Source of the DNA: Candidatus Latescibacterota bacterium
GTDB lineage: Bacteria > Latescibacterota > UBA2968 > UBA8231
Direction of reading: 5' to 3'
Assembly (NCBI GenBank): GCA_965203355.1
Contig: OZ241889.1
Coordinates: forward strand, 1,056,001 to 1,120,000
Length of the DNA: 64,000 nt
Positions 10,472 to 19,948 of the stretch are shown here, piece by piece. The notes under the pieces are model-generated. The model was not told the DNA's origin, searched no databases, and worked only from the letters and a program-made list of their open reading frames with translations. Made by a program: the position numbers and the translations under genes. Position 1 is the first letter of the stretch, and every line of letters starts with the position of its first letter.

Positions 10472-10882
10472 TCACCTGTCCAAGACGTATGCCGCTTCGG
10501 GTGTGGCCGGCACGGCGGCGAAAATTGCGGCGAGGAACGAGGGGTCGTCGCCGATGAGTTCGCGCTCGTTCCAGTTGCTCAGCGCCAAAAAGGCGACCAC
10601 GGCGATGGCGACTGGGGCCAAGGGGCGAAAGAGCCACACGAGGGCATCGGTTAGGCTTTCTTCGCGCTGGCTTTTGACGCGCTGCGCAACGCGCATGGCA
10701 AAGAACGGCCGGAACGAGTCGGCGCGGCTTTCGCGCAGGAGGCCGCTGACTTTTTGCAGGTGTTCCCATTCGGCGCGGAACGCGTCGTCGGTAGCTAGGG
10801 CACGCTCGAATGCCGCGTGCTCGCTCGCGCTCAATTCGCCGGCCAGCGCCCGTAGCATTTTGCTGCGATAGCTGTCAGTCAT
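10472..10882 (-). CDS. Putative anti-sigma factor
   Basis: GELSASEHAAFERAL N-terminal ASD-like helix plus one TM segment; overlaps the sigma stop. Confidence 0.7.
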   Translation of the reverse strand: MTDSYRSKMLRALAGELSASEHAAFERALATDDAFRAEWEHLQKVSGLLRESRADSFRPFFAMRVAQRVKSQREESLTDALVWLFRPLAPVAIAVVAFLALSNWNERELIGDDPSFLAAIFAAVPATPEAAYVLDR

Positions 10883-11444
10883 ATAGGTCCTCGTCTTTGA
10901 GGAGGGTCGCTAGTTTTTTCATGCCGCGTGCGAGCCGCGAGAGCACCGTGCCCTCGGCGATCTCCAACAGCGCGGCCGTTTCCTTGGTCGAATAGCCCTC
11001 GATCATCCGCAGCACTACCACCGCCCGGAAAGCTGGTTTGAGTTGGTTGAGGGCCGCTTGTACTGCTTGCGCTCGCTCGTGCGTGGTCTGTTCGTCGCGG
11101 CCATCGACGCTCGGCTCGGCGGGCCGGGCCTGTTCGTCGTCGCGGCTCCAGAAGCGCAAACGCTGTCGCTTGCGGCGCGCTAGCGCGTTGAGCGAGAGGT
11201 TGATGGCAATGCGCGTCAAATAGGTGCCCAGTGCTGCGTCGCCGCGAAACTTGTCCAGCGATTGGTAGAAGCGGACAAAGGTTTCCTGCCCCACGTCGTC
11301 GGCCTCGTCGCCCCGCCCCAACATGCCCACGACCACGGCGGCCACTTGCGGCTCATAGCGCTCGATTAGGATGCGCCAGGCCGCTTCGTCGCCAGTGCGC
11401 GCTCGGTCGATCAGGGCGCGGTCTGTGCCCGCTTGCTCTGCCAT
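10875..11444 (-). CDS. ECF RNA polymerase sigma-70 factor
   Basis: DRALI..ARTGD..AW, ADDVGQETF, YLTRIAINL, EGYSTKETA.LL....GTVLSRLARG; ATG 11444 chosen. Confidence 0.9.
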   Translation of the reverse strand: MAEQAGTDRALIDRARTGDEAAWRILIERYEPQVAAVVVGMLGRGDEADDVGQETFVRFYQSLDKFRGDAALGTYLTRIAINLSLNALARRKRQRLRFWSRDDEQARPAEPSVDGRDEQTTHERAQAVQAALNQLKPAFRAVVVLRMIEGYSTKETAALLEIAEGTVLSRLARGMKKLATLLKDEDLYD

Positions 11445-11543
11445 ATTGTTAGACAATGTAAGGGGCAAAGTCATTCCCCACCTAATAAAAATGCGAAAGC
11501 CGACAGTCTTGCCGTCCGTGCCCAATATGCGTTTTCTTTTTGC

Positions 11544-12092
11544 ATGGTCTTAGCTATGCTCGCGTCCCTGCTGTTGGTGGGCTGCCGTCCCGATCCCCCC
11601 AAAGCCCTCGACTTGGCTGGCAATCCGGTCGATCCTTTTGCCAACCGCGCGCCCGTTGCGGTTTTGCTCTTCGTCCAGACCGATTGCCCCATCTCCAACC
11701 GCTACGCCCCCACTATCGCGCGGCTCCACGCCCGCTTCCAGCCGCAAGGCGTTGCGTTCTACTTGGTGTATCCCGACCGCCGCGAGGATGCGGACGCCAT
11801 CCGCCGTCACCGCGAGGAATACGATTTGCCGGGCCAAGCCCTGCGGGATGTGCAACACGCCCTTGTCGACCGAGTCGGCGCGAGGGTGACCCCAGAAGCT
11901 GTGGTGTTGGGGGAGCGCGGCAACATCGTCTATCGGGGCCGCATTGACGACCGCTACATGGCCTTGGACCAGATGCGTCCACAGCCGACCCGCAACGACC
12001 TTGCCAACGCCCTAGCGACGGCCCTTGCGGGTCGTCCACCAGACCCGAGCGCCACCGAGGCGATTGGCTGTTTTATCGCCGACCTGCAATGA
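11544..12092 (+). CDS. Redoxin (thioredoxin-fold) lipoprotein
   Basis: Lipobox LVGC, TDCPIS, TPEAVV, YRGRIDD, AIGCFI; start uncertain. Confidence 0.8.
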   Translation: MVLAMLASLLLVGCRPDPPKALDLAGNPVDPFANRAPVAVLLFVQTDCPISNRYAPTIARLHARFQPQGVAFYLVYPDRREDADAIRRHREEYDLPGQALRDVQHALVDRVGARVTPEAVVLGERGNIVYRGRIDDRYMALDQMRPQPTRNDLANALATALAGRPPDPSATEAIGCFIADLQ

Positions 12093-13756
12093 CGCGCTAT
12101 TGGGGCTTCTTTGTTGCCGCCTGTTTTGGGTGTAGTGGAGGAGAGGCTCCGACCTTCAACCGCGACATTGCGCCGATTGTCTTTCACAACTGCGCCCCTT
12201 GCCACCGGCCCGCTGGCCCGGCCCCTTTTGACTTGCTCAGCTATGCGAATGTGAAGGCACGCGCCGAGCAAATCGCCTTTGTCGCGGAGACGCGCTACAT
12301 GCCGCCGTGGAAGCCCAAGCGCGGCTACGGCCGCTTTGCTGGCGAGCGCGGATTGAGTGCGGCGCAGATCGCCACCATCGGCCGCTGGGTCGAGCGCGGC
12401 AAGCTGGAGGGTAGCGCCGTGGATCTGCCGCCGCTGCCCCAGTGGGCGAGTGAGTGGGAACTAGGCCAGCCCGACTTAATCGCCGCCATGCCATCGGCCT
12501 ATACCCTGCGGGCCGATGGCCCAGATGTCTTCCGCAACTTCGCCATCCCGCTGCCCGTTGACTCGACCCGCTATGTCAAGGCCCTAGAGTTCAGGCCGGG
12601 CAACGCGCGCATCGTCCACCACGCTACCATGATGATCGACCGCAGCGGCGCGGCGCGGCGGCGGGATGGGCGCGACGGTGCCCCGGGATTTGACGGCATG
12701 AGCTTTGGCGAGGCCGAGGACGCCGATGGGCACTTCCTCGGCTGGACCCAAGGCAAAACCCCCTATCCCGGTAGCGACAGCTTGGCTTGGCGGCTCGAAC
12801 CGGGCACGGACTTACTGCTCCAGTTGCACCTGTTGCCGACCGGCAAAGAAGAATCCATCCAGGCCCGCGTTGGCCTGTTTTTCGCGGATGCGCCGCCCAA
12901 GAGACGCCCGGCCATGCTGCGCTTGGGCCGCAAGGACCTAGATATACCGCCCGGCGCGCGCGACCATTGGATCCGCGATGCGTACCGGCTGCCCGTGGAT
13001 GTCGAGGTCTTGACCATCTACCCGCACGCGCACTACCTCGGCCGAGAAATCCGCGCGTATGCCGAATTGCCCGACGGAGAGCGGGAGTGGCTCATCTGGA
13101 TTGAGGACTGGGACTTTAACTGGCAGGACGACTACCGATTTTCCGCGCCCGTCTTCTTGCCGGCTGGCGCGACGCTGGTCATGGAATACGCGTACGACAA
13201 CTCCGCGCAAAACCCCCGCCAGCCCCGAGACCCCCCCGTGCGGGTGCGCTACGGGCTGCAATCGACCGACGAGATGGGCGACCTGACGCTACAGATTTTG
13301 CCGCGCCGCCCCGAGGATCTAGAGCGCCTCCGCCGCGACTTCTACCGCAAGTGGCTGGGGCAGGAAATCGACGGCTACAAGAAGTTGCTCGAAGCCGCTC
13401 CTCAAGACTGGGACATCCACCATACCTTGGCCATGTTCTACATGCGCTCCGGCCAGCGTCCGTTGGCGCTGGCGCATTTCGAGTTGGCCTTGGAATACAA
13501 CCCGGAGTACCCGGAGGCTCACGTGAACTTTGGGATTGCGCTGGCTCAAAGTCGCCAATGGGAGCAGGCCGTCGTGCACTTTGAACGCGCTTTGCAGCGC
13601 AACCCGGATTTTGCCGAAGCTCATTTCAATTTGGGATTGGTACTGGAGATGCAGGGCCGCTCGGCCGAAGCCAAGCCCCACTTCGCCGCTGTCGTTCGCC
13701 TGCGGCCGGACATGGCTGCGGCCATTGAACAGCGCGTGGCCAAGCTGCGCCGCTAG
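12089..13756 (+). CDS. Cytochrome c + copper type II monooxygenase-like + TPR protein
   Basis: PTFNRDIAPI..HNCAPCH, MPPW, VHHA, PHAHYLG, WDFNWQ, TDEMG, C-terminal TPRs (AEAHFNLGLVL). Confidence 0.75.
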   Translation: MTRYWGFFVAACFGCSGGEAPTFNRDIAPIVFHNCAPCHRPAGPAPFDLLSYANVKARAEQIAFVAETRYMPPWKPKRGYGRFAGERGLSAAQIATIGRWVERGKLEGSAVDLPPLPQWASEWELGQPDLIAAMPSAYTLRADGPDVFRNFAIPLPVDSTRYVKALEFRPGNARIVHHATMMIDRSGAARRRDGRDGAPGFDGMSFGEAEDADGHFLGWTQGKTPYPGSDSLAWRLEPGTDLLLQLHLLPTGKEESIQARVGLFFADAPPKRRPAMLRLGRKDLDIPPGARDHWIRDAYRLPVDVEVLTIYPHAHYLGREIRAYAELPDGEREWLIWIEDWDFNWQDDYRFSAPVFLPAGATLVMEYAYDNSAQNPRQPRDPPVRVRYGLQSTDEMGDLTLQILPRRPEDLERLRRDFYRKWLGQEIDGYKKLLEAAPQDWDIHHTLAMFYMRSGQRPLALAHFELALEYNPEYPEAHVNFGIALAQSRQWEQAVVHFERALQRNPDFAEAHFNLGLVLEMQGRSAEAKPHFAAVVRLRPDMAAAIEQRVAKLRR

Positions 13757-14613
13757 CCGCCTTTTCCCAACGTCGTCGCTAATCCCAAGACGAACTGTCG
13801 GCCGGCCGGAAAGTTGCGCCCGTTGAGCGAGAAGCGCACCGCCACCTCGGCCGTTGTGCGCTGGCCGATGGCGTAGAGCAAGGCCGGCGTCAGGAAGGTG
13901 ATGCGTTTGATCTCGGCTTCAATGCCGCCGAAGACGAGCGCCGGCTTGCTGCGGAGCACCTCGCATTTGCCCAACAGCACGAGTTGGCGCACGATCCGAT
14001 AGCCCAGCTCGGCGTTGAGGAACCACTCGTCGCCGGGGTCGCGGTCGATCTGTTGGTTGCGGGTGCGCACGCGATAGCCGAGGTCGATGTTGCCGTACAA
14101 GGGCAGCGGCCAAAAGGAACGCCCCACCTGCCCGACAAAGTCGAAATCCCACTGCCCCTCACCCACCGGGATTAGCCCGTCTTCGTTTTTGAACTCGCCC
14201 GTTGGCACCTTGACGCTGGCTTTGAACGCGAGAACCAATGGTCTGGCTAAAAGGCGCAACTTGACCAAGGCGCGGATGTCGCTCAGGCCGGTATCGGTGC
14301 GGGGTTTGGCGAAGGCGGCGTTGGCAAAGGATTGATCGAAATAGGGAACCTGCAAACCGAAGTCTAGGCGGTCGGTGACGCCGTACAGGCCCTCGAAAAA
14401 GACGGCCCGCGATTCGTATCGCCCGTCAAAATCGTAGTGGGCGCGGGTGCCGGGCGCGCCAGAGCGACCCTGGCCGACGTACCATTCCTCGGTTTGCTGC
14501 TGGAAGTACGTGAGCTTGCTCCAGAACTGGCCTCGCGGCAAAGTCCAAGCTCCGGCATCCACATCGGTTGCCGCACTGAGGAGTATTAAGCCGACCCGCA
14601 GATATTGGACCAT
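13753..14613 (-). CDS. Putative outer-membrane beta-barrel (phenol MetA-pathway 'transporter'-like)
   Basis: Signal peptide, AGAWTL..G, YGVTDRLDFGLQVPY, GLSDI..VK, KVPTG; alternating amphipathic strands. Confidence 0.55.
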   Translation of the reverse strand: MVQYLRVGLILLSAATDVDAGAWTLPRGQFWSKLTYFQQQTEEWYVGQGRSGAPGTRAHYDFDGRYESRAVFFEGLYGVTDRLDFGLQVPYFDQSFANAAFAKPRTDTGLSDIRALVKLRLLARPLVLAFKASVKVPTGEFKNEDGLIPVGEGQWDFDFVGQVGRSFWPLPLYGNIDLGYRVRTRNQQIDRDPGDEWFLNAELGYRIVRQLVLLGKCEVLRSKPALVFGGIEAEIKRITFLTPALLYAIGQRTTAEVAVRFSLNGRNFPAGRQFVLGLATTLGKGG

Positions 14614-14675
14614 GGCCGCCTTCCTTTCGCGTGTTGGGTTCGCGGTTTCCCCGTAGAATAAGTACTTTTGAGCTT

Positions 14676-15959
14676 GTGCATATACTGACGCTGGGAATCA
14701 ATCACCGCACCGCGCCGGTGGAAATCCGCGAGCGGCTGGCCTTCCTCGAAAGCGACCAGCCTTCGGCCTTGGCTCGGCTTGTCGGCGACTACGGGCTGCA
14801 CGAGGCCGCGATTCTCTCAACTTGCAACCGCTCTGAGCTGTACTTGGCGGCCGATGGCGACAGCGGGCCGGCCCAAGTGCGCCGCTTCCTCGCCGAGTGC
14901 CAAGGCGTAGATGTCGCGACGCTTGAATCCCACTTCTACCAACTCAACGACTCAGACGCGGCCGTTCATCTTTTTCGCGTTGCCAGTGGCATTGACTCCC
15001 TCGTCGTCGGCGAGTCCCAGATTCTCGGGCAAGTGCGCCGCGCATTGGAAATGGCCCAGCAAAACGGCTCGGCGCGTCTGTTGCTCAACGAGCTTTTTCA
15101 GCGCTCGTTGCGCGTGGGCAAGCGCGCGCGCGCCGAAACCGATATTGGCCGCGGCCGGCTGTCGATTAGCACGGCTGCGGTCGCGCTGGCGGGCCAGGTT
15201 TTTGAAAACATGACGGGTTGCTGCGTACTCTTGGTCGGCGCGGGCGAGATAGGTGCGCTCACGGCCCAGTACTTGGTTGACTATGGCGTTGAGCGGCTCT
15301 TGGTCAGCAGCCGCACTTTTGCCCGCTCCGAGTCGCTGGCCAGCCAGTTGAGCGGCGAGGCCGTGCCTTTTGCGGAATTAGCTACCCAGCTCGCCGCGGT
15401 TGACATCGTCATATCGGCGACCGCGGCCACGGATTACGTCATTCGGTCCGCTGACTTGCGTCGGGCTATGGAGCAACGCCGAGGACGCCCGCTGTTTCTC
15501 ATCGATATTGCGGTGCCGCGCGACATTGACCCGGCCGCGCGCGACCTCGACAACGTCTTCCTGTTTGACGTGGACGATCTCGAACAAGTGGTTGCTGCCA
15601 ACCGCCAAGAGCGCGAGGGGGAAATCCGCTGTGTGCAAGCCATTATCGACCACGAGCTAAAGGAGTTTTTGCACTGGTTTAATGCCTTGGGAACTGGCCC
15701 GCTAATCCGCGCTTTGCGCGCGCGCGCCGCGCACCTCCAAGAACAGGAACTCGCGCGCTGGGCCGCCCAACTCGGTCCGCTCTCGGCGGCCGAGCGCCAG
15801 CTCGTGGAGGGCATTTTGCGCGGTTACGCCAATAAGCTCCTGCACGATCCGCTCGTGCAGATCCGCGAATTCGCCAACGATGACGAAGGCTACATCCGCC
15901 TCGATACGGTGCGCCGTCTCTTCCGGCTCGACGACGAGGCCGGGAAAAAAGACTCGTGA
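14676..15959 (+). CDS. hemA: Glutamyl-tRNA reductase
   Basis: GINHRTAPVEIRE, LSTCNRSELY, HLFRVASGIDSLVVGESQILGQV, GAGEIG, IDIAVPRDID; GTG 14676. Confidence 0.95.
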   Translation: MHILTLGINHRTAPVEIRERLAFLESDQPSALARLVGDYGLHEAAILSTCNRSELYLAADGDSGPAQVRRFLAECQGVDVATLESHFYQLNDSDAAVHLFRVASGIDSLVVGESQILGQVRRALEMAQQNGSARLLLNELFQRSLRVGKRARAETDIGRGRLSISTAAVALAGQVFENMTGCCVLLVGAGEIGALTAQYLVDYGVERLLVSSRTFARSESLASQLSGEAVPFAELATQLAAVDIVISATAATDYVIRSADLRRAMEQRRGRPLFLIDIAVPRDIDPAARDLDNVFLFDVDDLEQVVAANRQEREGEIRCVQAIIDHELKEFLHWFNALGTGPLIRALRARAAHLQEQELARWAAQLGPLSAAERQLVEGILRGYANKLLHDPLVQIREFANDDEGYIRLDTVRRLFRLDDEAGKKDS

Positions 15960-16768
15960 CGACGTTCTGCATTGTCTCCCTCGTCATGGCCTTGGCTTTT
16001 TACTTGGCCGCCGCCCTGCTGTATCAAGGGCACTTCCTCTGGCATAAGGGCAACTGGGACGCGCTGGGGCGCAAGAGCCTGAAGTTGGGCTTGGCCGTAC
16101 ACGCGATCAGTATCGCGCTGCACTTCGCGCTTTCCGGCCAAGCCCTCTTCGCCAATATGATGGTGATTATCGCCTCGCTGGTCATGGCTTTAGTCGTAGC
16201 CGGCTTGCTCGGCGAGCGCTATGCGCGCATTCGCCACTTTGGCTTGCTGACCGCGCCCCTTGCCTTTCTCGGCTTGCTCTATCCGCTGCTGCTGCCCGTC
16301 CGCTTTGCGGAGGCCGAATCGATCCTCGTGGAGTATCCCTTCCTCGGCATCCACGTGGTGCTAACGCTGCTGGGGCACGTGGGTTTCGCCTTGGCGTTCT
16401 GCTCGGCGGTCGGCTACCTCGTCCAACATCAAGCCTTGAAAAAGGGTCGGCTCAACAGCTATCTGCCCGCACTCGACACGGCGGCGGCGGCGACCTTTCG
16501 CTTTGCGGGCGGCGGTTTTTCGCTCTTTACCTTGGGGCTGGGCATGGGTGCGATTTGGTTTTTTGGTGCGCCGGGCGCACACCTCGCGGGCGGAGATACC
16601 AAAATCTGGCTCGCCCTGCCGACGTGGTTCGTCTTTGGTACCTATCTCTATTTGCGCGGCATTGGCCGCCGGCACGGTCGCCGTCTCAAGTGGTTGGTGA
16701 TTGCCGGGTTTGTGCTGGGTCTGATCAATCTGCTGTGGGTGCGCCACGATTTCGTCAATTTTGTCTAG
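15956..16768 (+). CDS. ccsA: Cytochrome c assembly protein (CcsA/HemX-like)
   Basis: About 8 TM segments with conserved His (GIHV), G..GAIW, DTKIW; overlaps the hemA stop. Confidence 0.75.
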   Translation: MTTFCIVSLVMALAFYLAAALLYQGHFLWHKGNWDALGRKSLKLGLAVHAISIALHFALSGQALFANMMVIIASLVMALVVAGLLGERYARIRHFGLLTAPLAFLGLLYPLLLPVRFAEAESILVEYPFLGIHVVLTLLGHVGFALAFCSAVGYLVQHQALKKGRLNSYLPALDTAAAATFRFAGGGFSLFTLGLGMGAIWFFGAPGAHLAGGDTKIWLALPTWFVFGTYLYLRGIGRRHGRRLKWLVIAGFVLGLINLLWVRHDFVNFV

Positions 16769-16956
16769 TGTGCCGCACCTTCTGCATGTACCGATCCATG
16801 TAACGCAATCGCAACACGGCTGTTTCTCTCATACTACATCGCGGCACCCCGCCAGGCACCGTTGTTCAGTGTGCAAGATGATTTAAGCGATTGGCCTGCA
16901 TTTTGCATGCGCCATGTAGCCGATTATCTTTAACCCAATGCGAAAGGATGCCCACC

Positions 16957-17313
16957 ATGTCCACTCCACAATCCGCTCCCGAAATCTCCATCCGCGATGT
17001 TTTGCAGCAGATCGACCATCGCCTGAGTCTCATCGAGATGGATGTGCGCGAAAACAATGCCAAGATCGATGCGCTCAATAGCGAGCTCACAGGCAAGATC
17101 GTTGCGCTCGACCGCGAAAATAATGCCAAGATCGATGCACTCAATAGCGAGGTCACAGGTAAGATCGATGCGCTCGACCGCGAAGTCGCCGGCAAAATTG
17201 AAGTTGAAATACGCGAGCTGCGCCGCGAGTTCAACAACAAGTTTAGCTTGGTTATCGGTTTGGTCATCACTTCTTGGCTATCGATGATGGCTACGCTGCT
17301 CTTCAAATTGTAG
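16957..17313 (+). CDS. Small coiled-coil protein with C-terminal TM anchor (CCDC90/DUF1640-like)
   Basis: 11-residue repeats (NAKIDALNSE/TGKIDALDRE) then FSLVIGLVITSWLSMMATLLFKL. Confidence 0.65.
   Translation: MSTPQSAPEISIRDVLQQIDHRLSLIEMDVRENNAKIDALNSELTGKIVALDRENNAKIDALNSEVTGKIDALDREVAGKIEVEIRELRREFNNKFSLVIGLVITSWLSMMATLLFKL
17047..17196 (+). repeat. Intragenic 66-bp tandem repeat (about 2.3 copies)
   Basis: CGCGAAAAYAATGCCAAGATCGATGCRCTCAATAGCGAGSTCACAGGYAAGATCGWTGCGCTCGAC twice plus a partial copy. Confidence 0.8.
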
Positions 17314-17474
17314 ATGCGGTTACGCTCCTTGTGCGCGAACCCCGCCTGATTCATCCACAAGCAACAAATGACGTAGAATGACTCCGCCCGCCGCGCCGCC
17401 GTGCGGGATTTGTATCGCCATCGTTCTGCCATATCTTCTGTCGCCTACACAAATAAGGAGTCACAGATACCCCT

Positions 17475-18713
17475 ATGCCCCGAGACCAGATGCTCACCCC
17501 GGAGGAAGCCCGCGCCATCGTTCTCAATCACGTACAAGTCCTCGGCCCGGAACGCGTCTCGCTGCTCGACGCCACGGGCCGCGTACTCGCCCAAGACGTG
17601 TTGGCGCGCCGCGACAATCCGCCCTGCGACAACTCGGCCATGGACGGCTATGCCGTGCGCCATGCAGACGTAGCCGCCGCAAGCAACGACGCACCCATAG
17701 CTTTGGCCGTCATCGAAGACATACCGGCCGGTACGGTGCCGCAAAAGGCCGTTGGCCCCGGTCAAGCCAGTCGCATTATGACGGGCGCGGCCGTGCCCGC
17801 TGGAGCCGATACCATCGCCCCGGTAGAAGACACTCGCCTTGCTGAGCAAGGGGTCGAGATTTTCGCCATTGAAGAGTGCGGCGCACACATTCGCCGCCGC
17901 GGCGAGGACATGCGCGGCGGCGAGCCGATCATCAAGGCCGGTACCGAGTGTGGCCCCGGCGAGTTGGCCGTGCTCGCCGCCGTGCAGCAGAGCTTCGTCT
18001 CGGTGTATCGTCGGCCGCGCGTCGCCATCCTCTCCACCGGCGACGAATTGGTCGAGATTGAGGAGACGCCCGGAGAAGGCCAAATCGTCAATAGCAATAC
18101 GTGCGCCCTGGCCGCCTTTTGCCGCGCTCACGGAGCCGAGCCGGTGATGCTGCCCACTGTGCCGGACGACGAGGCTGCCATCCGCGCCACCATTGAGGCC
18201 GCGCTCGCCGCTGACTTCGCCGTCTCCTCGGGAGGGGTATCGGTTGGCGAATACGACTTCGTCAAAAAGGTTCTCGACGGCTTGGGAGCCGAGACGATCT
18301 TCTGGCGCGTGGCCATGAAACCGGGCAAGCCGCTGGTCTTTTGCAGGGTCGGCGGTGTGCCGTATTTCGGCCTGCCCGGCAACCCGGTGTCGAGCATGAT
18401 GTCCTTTCTCCAGTTCGTGCGCCCGGCCATCCGCAAGGCCGCCGGCCATCCGCAATCGGCGTGGTTTTTGCCCGAGGCCCACGCCCGGGTGGAAAGCCCC
18501 TGCGACAACGACGGCGACCGCCGCCAGTACATGCGTGCCACCTTGCGCTACCAAGATGGCCAGTTCTGGGTGCGCCCCGCCCACAGCCAAGGCTCCCACA
18601 TAATCAGCTCCATGCTCAACGCCAACAGCTTCGTCGTCCTCGAACCTCGCCAACGCGCCGAAATCGGCGACCCAGTACTGGTGCAGGTCGTTGGAAAGTT
18701 CGCGATGAGATAG
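17475..18713 (+). CDS. moeA: Molybdopterin molybdotransferase
   Basis: DNSAMDGYAV, RIMTGA, STGDEL, SSGGVSVGEYD, MKPGKP, GLPGNPVS. Confidence 0.95.
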   Translation: MPRDQMLTPEEARAIVLNHVQVLGPERVSLLDATGRVLAQDVLARRDNPPCDNSAMDGYAVRHADVAAASNDAPIALAVIEDIPAGTVPQKAVGPGQASRIMTGAAVPAGADTIAPVEDTRLAEQGVEIFAIEECGAHIRRRGEDMRGGEPIIKAGTECGPGELAVLAAVQQSFVSVYRRPRVAILSTGDELVEIEETPGEGQIVNSNTCALAAFCRAHGAEPVMLPTVPDDEAAIRATIEAALAADFAVSSGGVSVGEYDFVKKVLDGLGAETIFWRVAMKPGKPLVFCRVGGVPYFGLPGNPVSSMMSFLQFVRPAIRKAAGHPQSAWFLPEAHARVESPCDNDGDRRQYMRATLRYQDGQFWVRPAHSQGSHIISSMLNANSFVVLEPRQRAEIGDPVLVQVVGKFAMR

Positions 18714-18770
18714 CGGCGAAAAATCGCGCCCTTTAGCACCACCGAGGTGCTTCATCATCAAGGATCCGTT

Positions 18771-19835
18771 ATGGCCTCCAAAGTACTCGACAATCGCGCG
18801 CTAAAACCGCTGCAACCGGCGACCTCGCTGTGGAAGCAGTACGATCCGGCGACCGCGCCTCGCGCCTTTAAGGCCGAAGATCCGGCCCAAGCGCGACGCT
18901 GGCAAAAGACGACGCGACGCGCGCTAGCCAAGCATCTGGGCCTAGAAGCTGACAACGAAACAGACTGGGCACCGCGCACCGTAGAAGCAATTGACAAAGG
19001 CGATTACACGCGGCAAAAAATAATCCTGCACACTGGTCCTCACGCGCAGATGCCGGTGTACATCTTGCTGCCCAAAGGCGTGGAAGGCCCCCTCCCTACG
19101 GTTGTAGCCTTCCACGGCCACGGCTACGGTGTCAAGGACATCGTCGGTTTGTGGGAAGATGGCGGCGAGCGCGACGCGCCCGACGGGTACCACAAGGACT
19201 TTGGCGTGGCTTTGTGCCGCGCTGGTTTTGCCGTGGTCGCGCCAGAAATTTCGGGCTTTGGCGAGCGTCAGACCGATTTCTCCTATCTGGAACGCGGCCA
19301 AGGATCCCCTTCGACTTGTACCCACATGGCCATGCTCGCCTTTCACTTGGGCCTCTCAGTGGTCGGCATCCGCGTCCGCGATGGGCTGTGCTTGGTCGAT
19401 TACTTGGAAACCCGCCCCGAGTTCGACACCAGTCGCCTCGGGGCCATGGGCATTTCAGGCGGTGGCATGCACACCTTCTTCTCCGCCTGCGTGGACGAGC
19501 GCATCCGCGCCTGCGTGATCAGCGGCTACTACTCGACTTTCCAGCACAGCATCCTCGCCATGGCGCACTGTCCCTGTAACTACGTGCCGGGCTTGGCCGA
19601 ATTCGGCGAGATGTACGATCTGGTCGGCCTCATTGCCCCGCGCCCCCTGCTGGTGGAAGCCGGCACGCACGACCCCATCTTCCCCATTGCTGCCGTGCGC
19701 TCCAGCCTGACGAAAGCCCGCCGGGTGTACGGCGTGTTCTCAGCCCGCCAGCGGGTAGAAGCCGATGTTTTTTCGGGTCGCCACCAAATCAGCGGGGCCC
19801 GCGCCTACGACTTTCTGCGCGAAGCCCTCGTCTGA
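18771..19835 (+). CDS. Alpha/beta hydrolase (dienelactone-hydrolase/abhydrolase_7-like)
   Basis: FHGHG, nucleophile elbow GISGGG, LIAPRPLL, D and H of the catalytic triad. Confidence 0.8.
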   Translation: MASKVLDNRALKPLQPATSLWKQYDPATAPRAFKAEDPAQARRWQKTTRRALAKHLGLEADNETDWAPRTVEAIDKGDYTRQKIILHTGPHAQMPVYILLPKGVEGPLPTVVAFHGHGYGVKDIVGLWEDGGERDAPDGYHKDFGVALCRAGFAVVAPEISGFGERQTDFSYLERGQGSPSTCTHMAMLAFHLGLSVVGIRVRDGLCLVDYLETRPEFDTSRLGAMGISGGGMHTFFSACVDERIRACVISGYYSTFQHSILAMAHCPCNYVPGLAEFGEMYDLVGLIAPRPLLVEAGTHDPIFPIAAVRSSLTKARRVYGVFSARQRVEADVFSGRHQISGARAYDFLREALV

Positions 19836-19900
19836 CGGCCTCAAGCAAGGCCGCTGGACTGGACTTGCGCGGCTTGGCGGGGCCGTTGGTTTGTCGCCGC

Positions 19901-19930
19901 AAAAAAAAACCGGCCCGCAGACCGGTTTTT
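19901..19930. terminator. Bidirectional intrinsic terminator
   Basis: AAAAACCGG-cccgcaga-CCGGTTTTT between convergent genes. Confidence 0.65.
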
Positions 19931-19948
19931 CGTCCGACAAATACCATG

